NCBI GenBank assembly: GCA_026023565.1 | Contig: JAPETS010000061.1 | Span: 62,001 to 108,424 of the forward strand | Length of the DNA: 46,424 bases | Direction of reading: 5' to 3' | From: Cirrosporium novae-zelandiae | Lineage: Eukaryota | In this document: positions 1 through 13,242 of the stretch, in pieces | How positions within the stretch are numbered: the first letter of the stretch is position 1 | Layout: the number at the start of each line of letters is the position of its first letter | The notes under the pieces: model-generated | Seen by the model: only the letters and a program-made list of their open reading frames with translations | Told to the model about the DNA's origin: nothing | The model's database searches: none | Program-made: the position numbers and the translations under genes

Positions 1-779
1 CCTTTAATACTGACTTGCCTCAATTCGAATATTTTGAACATCACAAGGACCGCATGGAACGATTTGCCAAAACAATGGAGGAAATGACAAGCACCGAAGG
101 TTACAGTACCAAGCATCTTGCTAGTGGCTTCGATTGGGCAAAGGCCCAGGGTACCGTCGTTGATGTCAGTAGTATATTCCGAGAGCACCTAAACACATCT
201 AATGAGCCGAGTTTAGGTTGGAGGTTCATTAGGTCATGCTAGTATTGCTATTGCAGAAAAAGCACCCGGCTTGAAGTTCATAGTCCAAGATCTTCCGAAT
301 GTTATTGCCAGGGGGGAGAGTGCTCTCCCTAGTAACATGAAAGACAGAATTTCTTTCATGGCACACGACTTCTTCACCCCGCAACCTGTACAGGCCGAAT
401 TTTACTTGTTGCGTTTCATTCTTCATGATTACCCAGACAAGCATTCTGTAAAGATTGTACAAAATCTGGTTTCCGCAATGAAAAAGGGAACACGCATCAT
501 CGTGATGGACGGTGTTATGCCACCACCAAATACGATACCGAAAAGCGAAGAAAGGTTAACGCGGTAAGTTAATGCACGCCCACCTCAGGTGTCTTGGCTA
601 TTCTAATTATTTCCAGCATAATGGATCTTGAGATGATGACAACTTTCAATTCACGGGAACGAGAGGTTGAGGACTGGGCTGCAATATTCGCAAAGGCGGA
701 TCCAAGGTTGAAGTTACGCAACACAATAAGACCGCCAGGCAGTATCAACTCCGTCATGGAGGTGGTATTTGAAGAATAG
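1..779 (+). CDS. SAM-dependent O-methyltransferase (Methyltransf_2, secondary-metabolism type), 5' end outside window; exons <1-164, 217-563, 617-779
   Basis: Spliced product reads ...GTVVD|VGGSLGH...FIVQDLP...HDFFTPQP...YLLRFILHDYPD...DLEMM...RER, the typical fungal OMT motifs; introns 165-216 and 564-616 are GT-AG with CTAAT branch sites. Confidence 0.92.
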
Positions 780-1558
780 GATGCCGATTCCTACACCCGA
801 GTATTTTTGTTTAAATGTGGTATGTCCTACGGAGTTCATATTGTTGAATTTGCGCAAAATATTTAAATTAGATAGCAAAAACCTACAGAAGGCCAAACAC
901 CCACCTGGGGAATTTTTCACATTACTTCCAAGGGGGTTTATCTATACTATGTACGATTATCGGCTTCGGTTTCTGTAAGGGTCAGCCCACAACCAAACTT
1001 TGAGGGAGGGGTGGTGATAAAAAACATCCAAACCGGCACTAACTCTACGCCTTTTCAAGTGAGATGCCTTTTATGGAATAGCACCAACGGCCATTTATCA
1101 GCCACGTGGAATTGCGCACATAATTTTTTTTATCGCGGATCTCACCTTACCTGCGGGCTTGAGCGCGCATCTCTGCAACCAATATTACTTCTCTGATGGC
1201 CATCTCGAAGGGCACTCATTATTTGCCCTTTTAGGTTTCTTCACCACCAAGTCAATTGTTTAAGCCAAGGAACAGCCGTTTGCGATGTCAGGAGATGTTC
1301 ACTAAATTTTTATTCCACCAGCTAGCTCGGATAACGGTGAAGTTAAACGGCACAAATTCCTAATGAACGCGGTGAGCGGAGTTTCCGAGTCCTAATGACT
1401 TGGAATTTGTAACTTCAGAGTTTCGGGGTGGCAGAAGTATTTACCCCGTCAGAAAGTAAAGTCCAGACTGGACCGGGTTCACGTGGATCTTTGATTAATG
1501 TAGTGACATCTCCCCAGATCTCCAAAACTTTGTCACTTTCTTTGTATCTATTGTGAAA

Positions 1559-2943
1559 ATGGCCGAGCAAAACGAGGAGGGCAATACGCCCATTGCGGTC
1601 CATACCTCTGATGAGGATTCCGCCTATGGCGATGACATGTCTGCAATCCCGACCGATATTGTTTTTATCGGCTTACAAATTTGTCAGGACCGATTATGCT
1701 GTCTCGCTAAGTTCAAGTGTACAAAACTATCAATGGGAACATGGCCGTCGCTATCATAGCTTTAGGGAAGGGGGTGTGTGATATCAACCTTTTATTTCTT
1801 TCGCAAGTGCTGACGGAGGTAGTCTATCAATTCCCAAATGATGAAAGGGAACAGGATCGCCTCGATATGGTCCACCATATGTTTAGATTGGCTATGAACG
1901 ACAAGCTTCACTTTGCCCCGCTCCCTCCAGATCCAGCCCGAATATTAGATGTTGGTACAGGAACCGGAATATGGGCGATGGAGATGGGTTAGCATAGTCC
2001 ATTATTGAGCGATTCGAGTTGACCTAACGCTCCCAGGGGATATATATCCATCGGCCGAAGTGGTATGAACGAAATCCATCTTGATAGGTCAAGACTTACA
2101 ACCGGTAGATTGGAAACGACCTCAGCCCAATTCAGCCCCAATGGTAAATTCATCGTTTCCAGCTTGTCGAAAGAGTGGGAATAACGCCGATAGGGTCCCG
2201 CCGAATGTTATATTCGAGGTCGACGACTGTGAAAGTGAATGGCCTAACCGAGAACCATTCGACTTTATTCATTCTCGATACATGGCAGGTTCCATATCCG
2301 ATTGGCCAAGATATATGCGACAAGCATACGAGTTTAGTGAATCTATAAGACCGGTTATTGAATAAACGGGAGCTCATGAAGTCACAGGCAAACAAAAGAA
2401 GGAGGCTGGGTAGAGTTTCAAGACTTTGACCTAAATAACTATTCCGAAGATAACTCGATCGGTGCCGATAATCAGGTTATGGAGCTTTACAGACTATTAA
2501 TTGAGGCATGCGACAAAGCAGGAAGGGGTTGCTGTCCCGGTCGGGATCTGAAGAAATGGGTTGAAGAGGCTGGTTTTAAGAATGTGCATCACGAAGTTAT
2601 TAGGCTCCCTGTAGGACCTTGGGCCAAAGATATGAGATTGGTGAGCGCCGTCGATAAAATGGATGCCTAGTTGTGCTAACTTTGATGCAGCGACAAGTAG
2701 GGGCGTTCAATCTTCTTCAGCTTCTTGATGGTCTTGAAGCATTCGCCATCGGTCCCTTTACGCGAATGCTAGACTGGTCGCCGGAACGTGTCCAGACGTT
2801 CCTGGTAGGAGTTCGTGAAGATGCAAAGTTGAAATCCGTACATATGATGCATGAGCTGTAAGCGTCCTGATGGATCTGAGACAGATTCTCGTGCTAACAT
2901 GAACTACAGCCATGTTGTATACGGACAAAAATTAAGCTATTAA
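1559..2943 (+). CDS. LaeA-like class I SAM methyltransferase, about 327 aa, 9 exons (1559-1638, 1688-1773, 1823-1987, 2037-2062, 2109-2143, 2194-2331, 2388-2640, 2691-2857, 2910-2943)
   Basis: Motifs EHGRRYH, FPNDEREQDRLD, ILDVGTGTGIWA, GNDLSPIQP, VPPNVIFEVDD, FDFIHSR, GGWVEFQD, VVYGQK; all eight introns give a continuous frame. Confidence 0.93.
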
Positions 2944-3881
2944 TCTATGGGCCTTTATCGGCTGTTTAAGATGATATGAGCACATGATGGCCATGACTAT
3001 ACCTATTAACGTTGCTAAAAGTTAGACTTGCTTGGACTCGATTAGGAAATTTAGTTTCATTTTGTACCTTGTAGCATAGAATCTTACATGCCGAGCACTA
3101 CAGGATAAGCTCACTGGCGACCATATCACGAACCAGCCGATGACAAAGGCGATATAATAATAGACAAGACTTCTAGAAAAGGTACAGCAGAGACCGTTAC
3201 CTCGGAGATGTTTCCCTGCAACCTAATCTATATTTAGGGGGGTTCACCCCAGAGGACCCAGAGAAGAGGGCCCAGAGGGTAAACCCCCGTCACCCCCAAG
3301 TTAACCGTAGCATTAAGCTAGAATTATGACCGACGATCACTTTACCCAATCTCTGGAAAAACTCCAATGAAACAGTAATAATCATCTTCTTTTTGATCTC
3401 TTCTGTGAACCTGGTTGACCATCAGCTCTTCGTGTCATCTTGTCCATGCGGAGCTCACCGCTAAACAGAGGTACCGTAAAACATGAGGATGGCTGGTACC
3501 CAGGACATCTTACATCATACAGAAACACGATGCAGCCCTGGGAGGTCTGAAGCCGACAGATGCCCCGCCGCAATGTTCCTGCATCTCCTGGGGAACCCTA
3601 GACGAGCAACGAGGATCAAATAATTGAATCCACTTTCACGACTTCCTTCTCGTGTTTTTCTACACAACAATGAGAGGCTGGTTTGAATTGCGTTCTTGGC
3701 TCATCGCATGTCATGTGGTTACACTACGAAAGGTACATAAATACATTCAATCGTCCTCTACATGAGAATCACATCAGAATCCCCTTCACCATCCAACAAT
3801 TGTTCAATTTACTATAACTCTACATATAGAATTGAAGATAATCACTGATTCTTTTATCAAGTCCCCATAAATCAATCGAAA

Positions 3882-4612
3882 ATGCTCTCTCTTGCTCTAT
3901 TGTCTCTGATCGCCGCTGGCCTCACCAATGCCTTGCCTCAACAAACACCAGCCCCTACAACATCTACTCCCGCCAATGGCACATCTACTACATTTTCGAC
4001 GGCTACCATTACTCCTCTAAGCTGTACTTCTGGTTCTACGGTGAAAACCACCACCGATTGTACCTATGGCAACACGTATTCTTTCTGCTACAGTGCTCCT
4101 CCGCCTCTCGAATGTCCCACCGGCTACTATCCGGGAACATATCAACCAGGGCACTGTGAGGTGGCGAGTACATGTTATGCATTAACTGCGGCATGGATAA
4201 CCACAGAATGCACGGGCGGTCAAGTACCATATTCGACCTCAACATTGTACCAAGGAACTCTGGCTGGAGGAACAAGCACCATTATCACACGTACGGGTCA
4301 TCTTCTAACAATTGCCATCAGCTCTTGGTGAATAACTGTGAATAAATGCTAACTCTTTAATTAACAGAGGTTGAATGCCAATGCAACTGGGACGAACAGT
4401 ACTATAGCTTGTACTCGGACGGAACAACCGTTGATGCTTTTTGCATGCCCTATACCAGCTGCGCAGCTGGGATGACCACCAGTACAAGAACAAATACCTA
4501 TTGTGAGACGGCAACCTGCACCGATGTTCCATTGACAACGGATTTCTGCGAATGTGTCACAGGCACTCCTGTTTATCCAGCGAGTGCGACGATGCCTACG
4601 ACTTGCGCCTAA
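3882..4612 (+). CDS. Secreted Cys/Thr-rich protein of unknown function, 217 aa; exons 3882-4290, 4368-4612
   Basis: Signal peptide MLSLALLSLIAAGLTNA; intron 4291-4367 (GTACGG...GCTAAC...CAG) joins two ORFs in frame; 16 Cys counted. Confidence 0.88.
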
Positions 4613-5555
4613 GGGGGGTGTTATATAAGGAAGCAAAAGGGGAGCCTTTAATTACTAATGCATATCACTTGGAGTAATGTTCACAGAGATAATGGCAATA
4701 TATGGATAACAATGTATTGAGATTACGCAAGTTTTTAGCTGTTTTTGTCTAATTATATCGACATGTACCAGAAACAATCCTTATATCTTACTTGTGTCCC
4801 TTATTATTGTAGGCTCCTATTTCATAAGCTCTACCTTGAAGCAAGAGTGGCCTGTTGAAGCACCATGTACTGTACATTCATTTTCATATTTGCCTCTCTT
4901 GGCTCGCCTTCAAAAACCACTTAATCTCCACCTATTAACGCCAATATCAAAGCATAATACTTTCGATGCCTTGGATGTCTTGGTAGCCCTAAAGCTCACA
5001 GTAGTCCAGCCCGTCAAGATGAAGGAAACAGCTCACCTAGCTTTGCCACGTCGTGCGTGTCTAGAAGAGCATTAAGTATGTTTCTCATATTTGATAAATT
5101 TAATAAAATCGTCGCTGTCAATTTTTATTGGAGCAGATAGATGCGACAACTTGTAAATTGTTTCGTTGGGGAATTTTAGAGTAATAGTGTGTATCACGTG
5201 ATCAGAACTACCACATGTGCTGAAGCCTTAGGCAACCAGTAGTCTAGAGTACCTAGGTAGATAGTCCGGACTCGTAACTAACAATCAATGTTGTTTTTTC
5301 TCCATCAGTGTTCATCATCATCATTCGTCATTCATTATCCTTCCCACCATCTCAATCTTCTAAGCAGGGTACCATTTTATATACTTGTACAAGCAGTACA
5401 ACATGAAAATCCCAGCCAGCCCACCAGCCGCCCAGCCATCATGACATGACCAGTAGTCTAGACATTCCGACAGCGAAGAACACCCCCCATAGATACATCC
5501 ACTAAACGACATATACAACATCCACCATGTTCCATCCCACATCCACAAACCCCCC

Positions 5556-6387
5556 TCACTTCTGAAAAATGCTTGGCAGCTCTTTCTGCACCGCCCCCTC
5601 ATAAGCAACCACGCCGGGCTTCCTTTTCCCAACATACAACTCGGCGTGTGGAATCCAATCTTCGGGTCGAGCGTCCACGAGCGTTCCCACCACCACTACC
5701 GTCCATTGAGGTTTTACTGCCAACTGCAGATTGTGGTTATGATGTGAGCTCGAATACAATCGGGGGAGAAGAATAAAAAGAAAAGAAAAAAGAAAAAACA
5801 AGAAAACCGAATAAAGGATATATATATATATAAAAGGGGGGTTTGATCTAGACACACGCACGCACACACACTTAACACACTTAACACACACTCACCTTGG
5901 CAATAAGAGTCGTAGCACAATTTCCACAAAACACATGATCCACATGAGTCCCGCTACCAACATTGGTATCCCTATAGCTTTTAACAAGCTCATTGCCCGA
6001 CGTAATAGCAACGTTCTAATGAAATCACCAAAAAAGCACAATCCAATTAGCATAAGCTTCTCGAAAGAAAAAAAAAAGTCATATCACAATCACAACCACA
6101 GCCATCATATCCATCCTACTCTTCCCCTCCACCTCCGCCCCCACACTCCTCTCCACCAAAACCAGGCCACTGCCACTAAACCACCCCCCAAAACACACAC
6201 ACATAAACATACATACCTCCGTAGCAACCATCATAAGATGCCTATACGCGCCCCCACTCATTAAGCTACAATTATCACAATGACAACGCACAATCCGAAT
6301 CGGATCGCCCGTAACCGTATAAGTAACTCCCTTGCACATACAGGAACCATGGCGGATCGCTGGGGGAGGGTTCGTAGTGGTGGACAT
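5556..6387 (-). CDS. GFA/CENP-V (Mss4-like) zinc-binding protein, 152 aa; exons 6387-6217, 6015-5896, 5723-5556
   Basis: HGSCMCKGV...CHCDNC...VFCGNCATTL...GTL...PHAELY matches the GFA Cys pattern; two GT-AG introns (201 and 172 nt), both phase 0. Confidence 0.9.
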
Positions 6388-6399
6388 GGTTTGGGATTT

Positions 6400-9300
6400 T
6401 TGGGGAATGTTGAGGGATGTTAGTTATTGAGGGGAATTGATAATAATGGATGATAGTAGATTATTTGATTGTCAAACAAACGTATATATATGTCTATGTA
6501 TGTATGTTAGTGTATGTATATAACCGTTTTGATAAAAAAAATCCCACAACAAATCAACTAAACTTGCTCCACATATTTTTTTATTTATTTGTTCCCCTCC
6601 GGCCAATCCCTCCCTCCTCCCCTCCCCCCGGCGGGCCGTTCCCCAAATCCATCCACCTTCCCTTGCCTTACTTTGCTTAAGTACAGTAATTAGCCCCATC
6701 CGACTTTGAAGGAGTGGGTGGATAGGTGGGTGGGCCACGTATAAGTTACCCATGTACCCTAGGTATGATATGATAATATGTCTTGTTTGCTGGTAAACTA
6801 GCAAGGGTCTGGGGGGAAACCGGGGAGAGAGTAGAATGTAAAAAATACCCAAATGAAAAAAGTCTCCTTATCAGGGACGAATGAAACGAATGAAACGAAT
6901 GAAACGAATTGGAATTGGAATGGAATTTGGAGTAGTCCAAGGTAAAGAAACATTCACATTAGTCTAAAAGAATCGAATCGATATCCTGTTATCGATAACT
7001 TATCGGTTAATTAAACAAAAACGTGGAGTGAAAAGTTCACTTTCTTCGATTCGACTAATAATTAATCAACCCACGCCAACTAGTTATAAGTAAAAGAAAA
7101 GAAAAAGGCTCAGCCGAAAAAAAAAGAAGAAAACCGTTGAAGGTTTTATATATATAAAAAACCCCCCACTCGGTTAGATTTTAATTTTTGTTTTATTTTG
7201 CTTTTCGAAAGCAGGTATATCTATCTATCTATAGGTAGAAATGGCTCGCTCAATTGAATGAAGCTTACCGTACGATACAGTACCTAGATAGGTAGGCAGG
7301 TAACACAAGTTCATTCACTCAGGAAATCACAAAGCCATACCAATAACCCCTCCTCGCCCACCATACATACCATTTCAAACCCTCACTCCCTCCCTTTTCC
7401 CCGGATCTATACTCCCAGTACCTCGTCAATCCCAATCTCAATCCCAACTACCAACCCCCAACCTCCCCAACCTCCCCAACCCTCTTACTAAATAAATAAA
7501 TAACTTCACGATCCTATCCTATCTCAATCCCAATCTCTATCCACCACACAAACCACTTACAGTACACACCACTTACACACACACACAGATAATTCAACAT
7601 TTAACATTAACATTAACATGCATCCATTTAGAAGAAGCAGAGCTCCCATATATATATATATATATATGTATACCCTCTCAGCGCGTGTGTTTAAAAAAAA
7701 TTATGACTATATTTTTTTTGTATTTTTTTGTGTGTTTCTTTGAATGTGTGTGTGTGTGTTGTTGGTTTTGTTCAAGAGGTTCGAGCCGGAGGGAGTGGAG
7801 GGAGTGCATTTGTTTATTCTTATTCTTGTTCTTATTTTTATACACATTACAAACATTCCCAGTTCCACACCTCCTCGCAGTTCTCAGCTATGCCCATATC
7901 CCCCCCCCACTCTCTGCCAAAAGTGCACATTATCTAATATCTTATCCCTAACCTAGCCGGCCGAGTTGGATATAAATACCTAGGCTAGCTGAGCTAAAGC
8001 TAAGAGAAACTCTACGACCTACCCATTCAAGGAGGTAAGGAGGTATGTTAACTGATTAACTGGATATATATTTCGATAGTATCCCATATTCCATCGCGGT
8101 AAGATGCTGGCTTCGGTTTCTATGCACACACACATCTTATATTCCGTATTCATTCTATACGTTGGTGCTTGCTCATGAGCAGCAACAACAAGAATCCAAC
8201 TTCGCTATCGCTGGGCTGGGAGTATGTCGTGTAGCACACTATAGAGTCCACCCCCCCTCCCCCTATCCCCTACCCCCAAAGCATCCAAACCATTGTTTAC
8301 AAGAATCTAAAGTAGGTAGTTATAACTTCTGGCCTAGAATGAAATATTAAACGTGCCGTTGAGAAATTGTATCGAATACGGACTACGAGCGATGCTCAAT
8401 TCATAGCACTCGAGGATATGCGGAAGTTTTCTCAGACGGGCTTGGGACAAGAGCGACGTCTCCGTTTGCGTCTGTATACACCACGCCCCCTTTCTAATCC
8501 TAATAATATATATAGATATTTCGTGAATATCCATCGTATGGTATTGATGCCTTATTTATTTATCTACCCATCTATCCATCCATCTATCCATTGCCTATAT
8601 AACCTGTTTACTCCTGTATTTCTACTATTCATTCATTCACTCATTAATATAATCTATATAGTTTTAAGACCTGTAGGGAGGGAGAAGGGGGGGAAGGGGT
8701 GAAAGGAATGAAGGGTACGATATAACATGCAACATAACATTCTAGGGAGATAGATAGAGGGGGGTTTGAATAGCTTACCTCGAATTCCTACGTTGGATAC
8801 CCCTTCCAAGTATCTTAGATACATCGCCAACAACCAACCAACCAACCCTCCCTCCCTTCTATCCTCCTAGACGTTATACGTTATACATTTATACGTTACC
8901 CCCATCCCATTCCATTGTCGTACACAGCAACTATAAACTACAAAGCCACACATATACCTCTATGCCTATACCGATACCAATACCCAATACTCAATACCAT
9001 AACTCAAAAAAAATATTCCACTATTCCGATAACAGGATAACACAAGATATATAGGATTAATTACAGAAGAGAAAAAAAATCCAACGATCCCCCCCCACGA
9101 ACCTAAAACTAATTCTAGCCTAAGATAATATTTCTACTTTTAACTCCACTATATATATACACGAGACTAGTGACTACGCTCCCTTACCTACATACAATAC
9201 AGTACACCCCTCGTGAAACTAGCCCTAACACCAACACATCCTTACCCCCCCCCTCTCATCTTCCTCCCATGACTTACTAACACCCACTAATAACTTCAAC

Positions 9301-10730
9301 CTCAGCTTCAACCTTAATATATTTATTCATTATCACATTATTCACTATTTTCGAATAATATCTTAAACCTTACAACCACAGCCACGATCACGATCACGAC
9401 CACGACCACGACGTGGCATGATTAACCAACCAGCCAACTTAGGTGATATGTGATAGATCAAGATAGGGGGGGAGGGGGGGGTATGGGGATGGCAAGGGCT
9501 TATATCCCTATACTCCTATATCCTTATATTCCTTATACCCTTATATGGTGGAACTGAAAGCGGATGGAAGTGAGGATACTAGTAGTCTTGGTCTTGGTCT
9601 TGGTATTTTTATTTTTTATATATATATCATCAAGAAGAGATGGGGAGTTATGTACATTATACAAGACAGAGCATTTATATTATATTCCCTCCTCCTAGAA
9701 CTACTAGACCAGAGATGGTCATATCATGTCAGGTTCATGATTAAATAAATTAAATTAAATAAGTTTTTGATATTTTAAGGGAAAATTTTTTAAGGGACAA
9801 AGGATAAGGCATAATGATAAAGGGAAGAAGGAGAAGAAGGAGATGAAGGGGATGAAGGGCGTATGGTGGAATACCAATGGGGAGAATGAGGAATCGATGA
9901 TAGTAATGGATGGTGAAACCAATAACCACTCCCCCCCCCCCCCCCGGAACAAAAGTAAGAGTAAGAGCAAGACACCCATCTACCCTAACGGAAACCGAAA
10001 CACACACACACATATATATATAATATACATAACAAACACCAACACCGATTCCAAACCCAAAAGAACGGAAGAAAAAGAATAGAAAAGAATAGAAAAGAAT
10101 CGGTATTAGGAATTATAGAAATAGGAAAAAAGGAAGGCAAAAAAGAATGGAATGGAATAGAATACCAAGGGGGGGGTTTTTTTTTTTTTTTGAATGGGTA
10201 GATGGGTGAGTGGATGAGTGGATGGATGGATGGGAATGTGATCCTTCCCCCTTTTTTTTTTTAGTGGTTTAGGTTGGGTTTGATTTTGTTAATGGGATTT
10301 GATGGTGGGTGAATGGAATAGGAATGGGGGATGGGAAATAAAGAGGTGAATTTATAGTAGAGAATATAATCTTGGGTGTTATAGTCTACGTCAAGAGAGG
10401 GGAAGAAAGAAGGTGTATATATAATATAAATCCCTACTATATAAGAGTTAGGTGAACAGGAGCTAGTCTAATTTAATACGAATATAAATATGATCCTTCT
10501 CCTTCTTTTTTTTTTTTTTAGTAGTTGGGTTATAATAGAATTCGTTAATGGGTTTTTTATAAAAAAAATAAAAATAAGAATAGGGATTGGAATAAGGAAT
10601 AAAGAGTAGAGGGTTTAGATTCGGGGGGTTATACGTCGAGAGAGGGGGAGAAAAAGAGGCAGAGAGAGAAAGTCCCCCATAAGGATAGGTAGTAGAGATG
10701 TTCAATAGCAGTCGAATACTAGAACCCCGG
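6400..10730. repeat. Low-complexity/microsatellite-rich intergenic zone (AT, CA, GAAT, CATC, poly-C/G/A/T tracts)
   Basis: Dense short tandem repeats and homopolymers; the ORFs called here are compositionally biased. Confidence 0.85.
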
Positions 10731-10977
10731 TCTGGATAGAAAACTATAACTACATCTATTCCCTAAAAAGTCATGACTATATTCGCTACCTAGGGATCTA
10801 TAAAATGCCAATATGCCGCTAATCTCAACCGTCTGTCTCCATAGATTGCTCTAAAGGTATCTCATAACCCAACACTAAACCCGTAGAAGCCATGGTATTC
10901 TTAATCCGTCAAAGGATCAGGAGGCCGCCATCCAAAGATCCTTTGCCATGTCGGCTCAATCTCTCTTGCGGTAGCTA

Positions 10978-12477
10978 TCATCCATAGCTGTCGCTGGTTT
11001 CTGCGTCTTTAACATTGAGGGCCTTAAGACGATCCCTTAGTTTCTTCGCCTCCTTCTGCTTCTCCTCTTCTACTCGCTTGGTCTTCCCCCATTCCTGTAA
11101 CTTCTGGGGGTTCCGGTTACACCATAGCACCACCTCCCTGGTAGCCAGTACATCTTCCAAACAATCATGGCCATCTTTTCCATGGTTTTGGACATATTTC
11201 CCGAGAAGCTCACGGCAGAGATTTTTAAGCCCCCATTGGCGAGTGCTGGTTGGGCTCACAGCCTGTTGAGCTAGCATTGCAGAATCCACAACGCGCCAGT
11301 GTATAATTCTTAGCGCATCCAGATCGTTGTGTAACGCCTGCCCAACCAAAATCGTGTTCCCGTCAACATATTTCCAAACCTCTGCTCGTGCTGCCTTCCA
11401 TCCGTCCAGGACCTGGCCTCGACTTTCGGCAGCACTCATTTTTTGGCGGCTCACTCCACTGTAGCGAGTACGCCAGCTGATGATCATCCCCGTAGGTTTA
11501 ACGAGAGTGTCCACAAGCGTGTCACCGGTGAGAAAGTCTATCATGCAAAGACGAACCACCTCGCCCCTACCCCCCTGGACGCCGGCCATTTCACAGTCCA
11601 GAACCACGGCATCGCGGCGTCGCCAATCTACATGTTTTGAGGGATCAACTGCATCAGGAGTGTAGGCGTATTCTTTACACCTCGCTGTTGGAGCTATGTA
11701 CTCATGTTTTGGTAGTACGATACAGCTAGGGATAGTCTTTCCACAGCAGGAGTATGCCATGTGTTTGCTGCCTGGAATCTAGGAGAAAAACATGTCAAAA
11801 TGGTGGTCTTGGCCATATATAAAAGAAAATTTGTACCTTGACATTCTTCTTTCCAGGGTGGTAGTAGCAGCAGGAGGGAAATTCCCGCCTTCGTATAGCC
11901 GTTTCTAAAACTATATACGCTAGGTTAGATCAACCAGCCATTTCTCCCCATAAATCACAGTAAAAGGCCAGCTTACAACCACAGTTTTTGCATTTACGAA
12001 GTAAAGCAATATCTTCATCTGCATATGGGCGGATGAGGTAATGATGTCTTGAAAGATCGAGGATATCATGACAGGACTTGGAAAGCACTTCTAGTGCCTC
12101 CGTCGTTTCGGTGGCCGAAATCACCGACCATTCATTATTTCCATACTGAAAGGTACCTATGTTCGCATCTGGATCTGCTTGTACCAAAGGTTCCCTCGGA
12201 ACCCATGATGAGGTAGTATTATCTCTTTTCTTATTGGTCTGCTGTGTAGGAGGAACGGCTCTCTGATTTCCCTTCAACCTTCTATGAACGGCTGCGGCCC
12301 GCAAATGCATCTGAAGTGCCCGCTCATCCTTGAATTGACGGTCGCAAACATCACAGTAGGATGATTTATAGGCTTTAGGTTCAGTAGTTGCCGTGGTGGA
12401 AGCCTATTACAACATATATTAGATGTATTTCCTTATACTTCAGGTGTAATATAACTTCTTACCTGACCTCTCTCCAT
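10978..12477 (-). CDS. DEDDh 3'-5' RNA exonuclease (REX1/REX3/REX4-like) with N-terminal C2H2 zinc finger, about 438 aa; exons 12477-12463, 12403-11977, 11910-11837, 11778-10978
   Basis: ExoI VVLDCEM, ExoII GQALHNDL, ExoIII GHDCLED; upstream CKNC...CYYHPGK...YSCCG; N-terminal YCDVCDRQFKDERALQMHLRAAAVH; three GT-AG introns in consistent phase. Confidence 0.9.
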
Positions 12478-13242
12478 TTTGTTAACGCGACGATAGTAAA
12501 TAGTAGATAGTAGATAAGGTAGGGTTGAGTTGAATGGTTTATCCCAGTTTTGGAATCCAAATCATGGAGGTTAGCTGTATCTATTAACGCCAGCTCCTCT
12601 CTAGCAACATCGCCGAGATTGATGAAATTATGAGACAAGCCCGTGAAGTGAAACAGGATGGATTCTAGATTCTAACAAACAAGTTAGCTGAGAAAGGCAC
12701 CATGAATTGTCATGGCTGTTACTTGCAGGTATTGAGCTCCCAACCAGTGGAAGAATAGACGCGACATGTTCGGACTAAGACACAGCATTACACATGCATG
12801 AACACCCCACCATCCAATTAATTCACCAAGTACCGATTTGATTTATTTATTTAGAGGCTAACAACCTCAAAGGAAGATGACGCCAATAATAATGATGGAT
12901 TAAAAAGTTGTCCTAAACGAAAATTCGGTTGAAAACGAACGGCCCGATCACCTATCGGATGCCAAAGGGTCCAATTTTCATGTCTTCATGCCCAATTCAT
13001 CAATAAAATAAAATAAAAATGACTTGAATTAATTATATATACACTACAAAGACTTAATATCGTAATCTCATCCACCTTTAAACGAATCAAGGTAACGAGC
13101 TCCTTGTGGAGAACAACAGGGGTCCCCACGGGCCCTGGCATAGCCCCCGGATCCACAATCCCCTCAACGTCCTAATTCAGAACAAGATTAACATCTCAAT
13201 TTCTCTGAAACTTGTTCACAAATATACACCAAAATGGTTAGA

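Noticed and set aside
7770..7790. GGTTCGAGCC resembling a tRNA T-loop/B-box
   Set aside because: No acceptor stem, D arm or anticodon arm can be formed from the flanks
8400..8470. Possible TPP riboswitch (CTGAGA on the minus strand)
   Set aside because: Lacks the downstream conserved aptamer segments, and no thiamine-related gene is nearby
6450..10705. Many short ORFs (CVCVC, YIYI, poly-F/K/P)
   Set aside because: Translations of microsatellites and homopolymers
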